Below, in pieces: positions 17,334 to 22,370 of a DNA stretch of 22,370 bases (position 1 is its first letter; each line of letters starts with the position of its first letter). The position numbers were made by a program, and so were the translations under genes. A model generated the notes under the pieces. That model saw nothing but the letters and a program-made list of their open reading frames with translations. It made no database searches and was not told the DNA's origin. The stretch comes from Gemmatimonadaceae bacterium. Its GTDB lineage: Bacteria > Gemmatimonadota > Gemmatimonadetes > Gemmatimonadales > Gemmatimonadaceae. The DNA lies in NCBI GenBank assembly GCA_044224875.1, contig JBGAJQ010000076.1:1-22370 (forward strand), in the 5' to 3' direction.

Positions 17334-18421
17334 ACCGAGGACTCCGAGGATACGGCGTAGTCTCCGTCGGGAATCGTGAAGTGAAATGTTGAACCTGCAC
17401 CAACCGCGGACTCCACCCAGATCCGGCCACCGTGCTGCTCGACCACCCGTTTGCACATGGCCAGCCCGATGCCGGTCCCCGGGTACTCGGTGCGTGTGTG
17501 GAGTCGCTGAAAGATCCCGAAGATGCGTTCGAAGTACTGCGGATCGATGCCGATCCCGTTGTCACGCACCGAAAAATGCCATGCCGCTTCGTGGCGAATG
17601 GCCCCGACGTGAACGCGTGGACTCGACGCGTTGCGAAACTTGAGGGCGTTGCCGATGAGGTTCTGGAAGACGTTCGTCAGCTGCGACGAATAGGTGGCGA
17701 TCATCGGGAGGGGATCGTTCGTGACGATCGCCTGCGATTCCTGCAGGCCAACCGACAAGTTCGCGAGCGCCGTCGACAGTGACGCGGCCGAGTCGGTCAC
17801 CTGCCTCTTCTCATTCTTTCGTCCCAGGCGCGAGTAGGTCAGCAAGTCATCGATCAACCGCTGCATCCTTGAAGCGCCGTCAACCGCGAATTCGATGTAC
17901 TCATTCGCGCGGTCGTCCAGCTTTTCCGCATATCGCTTTCTCAACAGTTGGACGCAACCCGCCACTGCGCGCAGCGGCTCCTGCAGGTCATGCGAGGCGA
18001 CATAGGCGAACTGTTCCAAGTCGGTGTTCGATCGGAAGAGTTCCGTCGTGCGGCGACCCAATTCCGCGATGTGCTTTCTTCGCTCCGAGATGTCCTGGAC
18101 GGTTGCTACGCGAAAGAGCGGTTGGTCACTGGCGTCGCGGACAGCCACCACGTCGATCTGAACGGGGAACGTGCTCCCATCAGCCCGCTGCAACGTGCTC
18201 TCGAACTGCATCTTACCGCGCCAATCGGTCTCCTTGAGAAGGCGCGCCACTCGCTCTTGCTGGGAAGGCGCATGCAACGCGAGGATCGGTACGCCGGCAA
18301 TCTCCTCGACTGGGCGACCAATCAGTTGCGCGTAAGCCGGATTGCACGTGATGATCGAGTTGGTGGTGGCATCGCCGAGGGCGAGGCCATGCGCGCAATG
18401 CTCAAAGGCGCGCCGGCCCAC
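17330..18421 (-). CDS. C-terminal fragment of the sensor kinase (PAS-HisKA-HATPase); possible GTG restart
   Basis: In-frame GTG at 18421 lies just before the PAS start. H, N, G1, F and G2 boxes are intact. Confidence 0.45.
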   Translation of the reverse strand: MGRRAFEHCAHGLALGDATTNSIITCNPAYAQLIGRPVEEIAGVPILALHAPSQQERVARLLKETDWRGKMQFESTLQRADGSTFPVQIDVVAVRDASDQPLFRVATVQDISERRKHIAELGRRTTELFRSNTDLEQFAYVASHDLQEPLRAVAGCVQLLRKRYAEKLDDRANEYIEFAVDGASRMQRLIDDLLTYSRLGRKNEKRQVTDSAASLSTALANLSVGLQESQAIVTNDPLPMIATYSSQLTNVFQNLIGNALKFRNASSPRVHVGAIRHEAAWHFSVRDNGIGIDPQYFERIFGIFQRLHTRTEYPGTGIGLAMCKRVVEQHGGRIWVESAVGAGSTFHFTIPDGDYAVSSESSV

Positions 18422-19926
18422 AAGCGCAGTGATGCTTCGGCGCGCTTGCGCTCTGTGACTTCGACAACAACACCGTGCCACATCACGGACCCGTCAGGTT
18501 CGCGCGTGGGACTCAAATGCCCCTCGAGCCAGATTTCGCCGCGCCGCGGGTGATGGTAGCGGTACTCCCCATGCCATGGCGTGAGCGTGGCCAGGTGTTC
18601 GCTGATCTGATGGGTGACCCGACCCGCGTCATCTGGGTGAACACGTTTGCCGACTAGGGCTCCGTCGGTGACGAGTTCTTCAGCGGTGTATCCGTAGAAG
18701 TCTTCAACCGCAGGACCGGTGTACGCGAATGTGGCCGTTCCGTCGGCGCGGCGTCGATACGAGATCAGGAGCACCGGCGCGACCGCCGCCACCTTCATCA
18801 GACGTTCACGCTCCTCGCGAAGAGACTCCTGCAGCTCTCGCGCAACCTGGATGTCGGTGTTTGCGCCAAACCAGCGCGTAATGCGGCCGTCGGTCGTGCG
18901 CGTCGGCATCGCCCGCAGGTCAAACCACCGATACGCTCCGTCGCTGCCACGAATCCGCCCCGTGGCGTGGTACGGATCGCCTATCGCCACCGATTGGCGC
19001 CAGCGGCGCGCGACGTCGTCGCGATCCGACGGGTGAACGTGCCGAAGCCATCCCTCGCCCAGCAATTCCGCTGCCGGCACACCGGCGTAGTCCATCCATC
19101 GGGTGTTGATGAAACTGCACTGACCATCCGCCTCGCTGATCCACACCTGCTGAGGTATTGAACCGACGGATTGCCGGATGCGCTCTTCGCTGGCTTCCAG
19201 CTCGCCATACGCCGTCGCAAGCTCATGCGTGCGCTCCGTCACGCGTGCATCGAGGCGCTCGTTCGCTTGTCGCAGCGCGATGTCGGCATCGCGCGCCTGC
19301 TGAAACCCCCGATGCACCAGGCGCAACGAGGTGCCGACGAACACGATCGCGAGCAAGCTGCCGATCGCGATCACGGCATTGGCCACATTCGCACTTTGTT
19401 CAGCGGCGCGACGGTCCTCGTTGGCTCGCTGACGTTCTGATGATTGCAGCTGACGAATGAGACGGCGGACGCTATCCTGCAACGCCACCCCCGCGCCGTG
19501 CTCCCATACCCGCCTGGCGGAGTCCACCCCTTGCGTTTGTCGAAGTGCCGCAATCTCGCGGGCAATTTCCCCCCGCCGCACAATCATCGCGCTGGCCGTG
19601 TCCAGTCTGGCCTGTTCCGCGTTGTCCGGTGTGGACGCCGGACGCAATGCACGAAGGACGGAGTCCGCGGCATACACCGCACGCGCCATGCGCCTCAGTT
19701 GCGCCGTGTCACCATTGAGCAGGAAGCCACGCAGCTCAGTCCCGACCTCCAACGTTGAGCCGAGGACTGACTCCAAACGGCCGTTGGCTTCATCGGCGTG
19801 CTGAACACGCACGGCGTCGAGTCGCAGTCGCTGAATACTGGCGAAACTCGCTATCGCGATTACACCAAGGATTGCCAGGGCCAGAATATATCCGGCCAAT
19901 ACCCTGCGCTCCGTCGCCCGCAGCAT
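18322..19926 (-). CDS. N-terminal fragment of the sensor kinase (CHASE3 plus two PAS domains, aberrant tail)
   Basis: TM1, CHASE3-like ELRGFLLNGD, TM2, coiled coil LDARVTERTHEL, two PAS_3-type domains (VHPSD, VHPDD). Confidence 0.5.
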   Translation of the reverse strand: MLRATERRVLAGYILALAILGVIAIASFASIQRLRLDAVRVQHADEANGRLESVLGSTLEVGTELRGFLLNGDTAQLRRMARAVYAADSVLRALRPASTPDNAEQARLDTASAMIVRRGEIAREIAALRQTQGVDSARRVWEHGAGVALQDSVRRLIRQLQSSERQRANEDRRAAEQSANVANAVIAIGSLLAIVFVGTSLRLVHRGFQQARDADIALRQANERLDARVTERTHELATAYGELEASEERIRQSVGSIPQQVWISEADGQCSFINTRWMDYAGVPAAELLGEGWLRHVHPSDRDDVARRWRQSVAIGDPYHATGRIRGSDGAYRWFDLRAMPTRTTDGRITRWFGANTDIQVARELQESLREERERLMKVAAVAPVLLISYRRRADGTATFAYTGPAVEDFYGYTAEELVTDGALVGKRVHPDDAGRVTHQISEHLATLTPWHGEYRYHHPRRGEIWLEGHLSPTREPDGSVMWHGVVVEVTERKRAEASLRLWAGAPLSIARMASPSAMPPPTRSSRAIRLTRN

Positions 19927-20071
19927 CGACTAGAGTGTGGCCCGCCCCACAAGGTCTCCCCTCACCCTCATACTCTCCTCTCCAGTCCACACCAGGCCAT
20001 CGTGCCTGTCATGGCTACCTCCGGCGTGCTACGCAAGGCTGACTCGAACTGCCGCCACAAGCTGAGGTCGG

Positions 20072-20200
20072 CGTGAAGAAATCACAATACTTTTCTTACG
20101 GGTGATACGAAGACGCGTCTGAACGCGAAAGGCAAATCGCTGCGAACCAAGTTCCTAACGAGCGATATGAAGTTGCACAAGCATTAGAATCGACTCACGT
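20072..20200. promoter_or_regulatory. AT-richer patch with inverted repeats in the divergent kinase/creatininase intergenic region
   Basis: CGT(G)AAGAAA...TTTCTTACG (20072-20100), palindrome AGACGCGTCT (20111-20120), ATCGCT...AGCGAT (20136-20166). Visibly lower GC than the flanks. Confidence 0.4.
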
Positions 20201-20480
20201 CAGCTGGACGGTGAATCCCTTACAAGTCCAAATCGTCGTGCATACGCCCACGAGAAGTCCATTCGCCACGCGAAGCACTCGCATCCCGCGGTGCGTTCGC
20301 GACTCGATCGCGAGGGACGCCCGAGCCGCGCAAGCGATCCCGCCGGAGCTCGGCGAGCGCCAGCATATTCCATGATGCCGCTGAGGATGGCTAGCAAGCG
20401 CCCACGGTTCGACACCCGTCAGTCCACTGTCTAGCGCGACCACCCGCACACGCGTCGGCGCATGGATTCCAATCTCGCGC

Positions 20481-20511
20481 CTGACGACGAACGGCTCGTC
20501 CCATCTATACT
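20481..20511 (+). promoter_or_regulatory. Putative sigma-70 promoter for the creatininase-family gene
   Basis: TATACT at 20506-20511, 46 nt before ATG 20558. A weak -35-like CTGACG at 20481-20486 has a long 19-nt spacer. Confidence 0.3.
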
Positions 20512-20557
20512 ATGCGCGCCGGCCAATGGCCCCCACCAATCACGAGAGTGCATAGCT

Positions 20558-21385
20558 ATGCAATCGAGAAGCAAGTGCATTGCGATCATGGCGCTACTTG
20601 GCGCCTGGACATCCGCCCTCCATGGACAGTCACGTTGGCCGAACGGTAGCGCTCGCATTGCGACGCTTCCTTGGACCCAAGCGGTGTCGCTGCTCGATAC
20701 GGGGACCGTGGTGGTCATTCCCATCGGCGCCGAGGCAAAGGAGCACGGCCCTCATCTCCCGCTCAACAACGACTGGCTCCTGGCCGAGTACTTCGCGGGG
20801 CGCGTCGCCGCGTCGACGCGCGTCATGCTCTACCCGACGGTGAACTATCACTTCTACCCGTCGTTTGTGGAGTACCCGGGCTCCACGACGTTGCAGCTGC
20901 AAACAGCCCGCGATGTAATCGTGGACATTGTGCGCTCCATCGCCCGGCACGGCCCTCGGCGGTTCTACGTACTCAACACCGGCGTCTCGACCCTGCGCGC
21001 GTTAGGTCCATCCAGAGACTCACTCGCCGCCAGCGGCATTCTTATGCGTTACACGGACATCTTGAAGGTGGGCAAGGACGCCGAGGATCAGGTGCGCCAG
21101 CAGAAAGGGGGCACGCACGCCGACGAGCTCGAGACGTCGATGATGCTTTACATGTACCCTAATGTCGTCCACATGAAGTTGGCCGTCGACGACTATCACG
21201 AGGGGACGGGCGGCCTGACGCGGGATTCGGTCGCTGCCGTCCGTGACGGAAAGGTGTGGTCGCGTTCCGGCACCTACGGCAATGCCAAGCTCGCCACGCG
21301 CGCCAAGGGAAAGATCCTGGTCGAGGCTCAGGTGCGAGGAATGGTCGCGGAGATCGAGGCGTTGCGAGCGCTGCCCATTCCGTAG
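20558..21385 (+). CDS. Creatininase family protein with predicted signal peptide
   Basis: VVIPIGA..KEHGPHLPLNND, YPGS, GTHADELETSMML, SGTYG....ATRAKGK. N-terminal MQSRSKCIAIMALLGAWTSALHG|Q. Confidence 0.88.
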   Translation: MQSRSKCIAIMALLGAWTSALHGQSRWPNGSARIATLPWTQAVSLLDTGTVVVIPIGAEAKEHGPHLPLNNDWLLAEYFAGRVAASTRVMLYPTVNYHFYPSFVEYPGSTTLQLQTARDVIVDIVRSIARHGPRRFYVLNTGVSTLRALGPSRDSLAASGILMRYTDILKVGKDAEDQVRQQKGGTHADELETSMMLYMYPNVVHMKLAVDDYHEGTGGLTRDSVAAVRDGKVWSRSGTYGNAKLATRAKGKILVEAQVRGMVAEIEALRALPIP

Positions 21386-21386
21386 C

Positions 21387-22370
21387 TCAGTCGCCGGCCT
21401 CGAGCAGTGCGCCTTTAATGTAGCCCGTCTCCGGAATGGTCAGGACTTCCGGATGGTCGAGGGGCTGCGCCCGCACCTCGCGCAGGATGATTCGGCGGCC
21501 GCTGTCCCGTGCCGCGCCCTCAATCATCTGGAGGAACAGGTCCTTGGTGAGGTGATAGCTGCAACTGGCGGTGAAGAGGAGCCCACCGGGCGCCAGGAGC
21601 TTCATGGCGCGCAAGTTGATCTCGTGATAGCCACGCAGGGCGGTCGTGACGGACGCCCGCGTCTTGGCGAAGGCCGGTGGGTCCAGCACGACGGTGTCGA
21701 ATCGCTCGCGTGCTCGCTCCTGCTCGCGCAGGAAGTCAAAGGCATTGGCCTCGAGGCAGGCGACGTTGGAGAACCCATTGAGCGCGATGTTCTCCTGGGC
21801 CCGGGCCAGCGCCTCGGCGGACGAATCCAAGGCAAGGACGGATGTTGCCTGTTTCGCCAGGTGCAACGCGAAGGAGCCGTGATACGAAAAACAGTCCAAC
21901 GCCCGGCCACGCGCGAGTTCTCCGATGCGCACCCGGTTCTCGCGCTGGTCCAGGAACGCGCCGGTCTTTTGTCCGGTCCACGGCGCGGCCCAATAGCGCA
22001 CCCCGTGTTCGACCGCCTCGATTTGCTTGGGGACGTCCCCATGGAGCAGCACCGTCTCGCGCGTCATGCCCTCGCGAGTGCGTAACGTGGCGTCGTTACG
22101 GGCCAATATGCCGTCCACGCCCGTCAGCTCGATCAGGGCGTCCACGATCGGCTGGCGAAACGTCTCCAGACCGGCACTGTTCAATTGCACCACCAGCCAC
22201 CGATCGAAGCGATCGCAGACGAGCGAGGGGAGGCCGTCACCCTCGCCGTGGACCAGCCGATAGGCGGTACTCACCCCGTGGAGCGGCGCGCGGCGAGCGA
22301 TCGACTGCTGCAATCGGCGTGTCCACCATGTCGCGTCGAGTGTCGCACCGGCATCGCGGTCTAGCAATCG
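21387..22370 (-). CDS. rlmI: Class I SAM-dependent rRNA methyltransferase, RlmI (m5C1962)-like; 5' end outside the window
   Basis: YRLVHGEGDGLPSLVCDRF, GQKTGAFLDQRENR, LDCFSYHGSF, VLDPPAF, TASCS, DHP, ETGYIK. Confidence 0.9.
   Translation of the reverse strand, partial: RLLDRDAGATLDATWWTRRLQQSIARRAPLHGVSTAYRLVHGEGDGLPSLVCDRFDRWLVVQLNSAGLETFRQPIVDALIELTGVDGILARNDATLRTREGMTRETVLLHGDVPKQIEAVEHGVRYWAAPWTGQKTGAFLDQRENRVRIGELARGRALDCFSYHGSFALHLAKQATSVLALDSSAEALARAQENIALNGFSNVACLEANAFDFLREQERARERFDTVVLDPPAFAKTRASVTTALRGYHEINLRAMKLLAPGGLLFTASCSYHLTKDLFLQMIEGAARDSGRRIILREVRAQPLDHPEVLTIPETGYIKGALLEAGD

Larger units (their letters stand above)
17330..19926 (-). pseudogene. Membrane sensor histidine kinase (TM-CHASE3-TM-PAS x3-HisKA-HATPase), interrupted by a frameshift at ~18407-18414
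   Basis: The 5' ORF reads ...VTERKRAEASLRLWAG and then loses homology. The 3' ORF picks up at AFEHCAHG (PAS start) and carries QFAYVASHDLQEPLR, NLIGNALKF, DNGIGI and GTGIGL. Removing 2 nt from GGCGCGCC gives one 864-aa ORF. Confidence 0.8.

Noticed and set aside
15420..18400. Possible LOV or phytochrome photosensor, given the Cph1/Rcp1-like kinase and regulator
   Set aside because: None of the PAS domains has GxNCRFLQ, and there is no GAF-PHY module.
20125..20170. GAAAGGCAAA followed by a stem, reminiscent of a c-di-GMP-I riboswitch
   Set aside because: There is no GAAA tetraloop and no downstream GACGCAAA or second stem.
20195..20449. Small minus-strand ORFs in the large intergenic region
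   Set aside because: There is no clear RBS, no recognisable motif, and atypical codon usage.
1..22370. CRISPR array, rRNA/tRNA gene, IS element or defence system
   Set aside because: I saw no regularly spaced repeats, full cloverleaf, transposase or recombinase motif, or terminal inverted repeats. The GIY-YIG, HD and methyltransferase genes are scattered and belong to non-defence-type subfamilies.

Overview
GC-rich bacterial chromosomal segment. The gene content and style suggest Gemmatimonadota, but that is inference only. It holds about 21 densely packed protein-coding genes and no recognisable rRNA, tRNA, CRISPR array, transposase or integrase. In order: a secreted gamma-glutamyltranspeptidase-family Ntn hydrolase (3'-truncated, absent from the ORF track), an atypical cysteine-synthase-family enzyme, an AruH-like aminotransferase, a run of small genes (cupin, GIY-YIG-like, group II truncated haemoglobin, TonB-C protein, HD hydrolase, DUF3224, secreted hypothetical), a YbaL-type CPA2 antiporter, a GNAT, an orphan TIGR02999-type ECF sigma factor, a SAM methyltransferase, DUF2238/YjdF, a DAACS transporter, a three-gene phosphorelay operon (CHASE3-PAS kinase with a frameshift at ~18410, Rcp1-like receiver, REC-PAS4-HK-REC hybrid), a creatininase-family protein with a signal peptide, and a 5'-truncated RlmI-like methyltransferase. 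I see no clearly new multi-gene system. The best leads are: (i) the frameshifted sensor kinase and the small in-frame uORF in front of it; (ii) a DAACS transporter lacking the canonical Na+-binding residues, with Arg in the NMD motif; (iii) a secreted creatininase-like protein that has lost the ligands of one of its two metal sites; (iv) non-canonical active-site motifs in the cysteine-synthase-like and GGT-like enzymes. Family assignments and reference residue numbers come from recalled motifs and by-eye alignment, not database searches.
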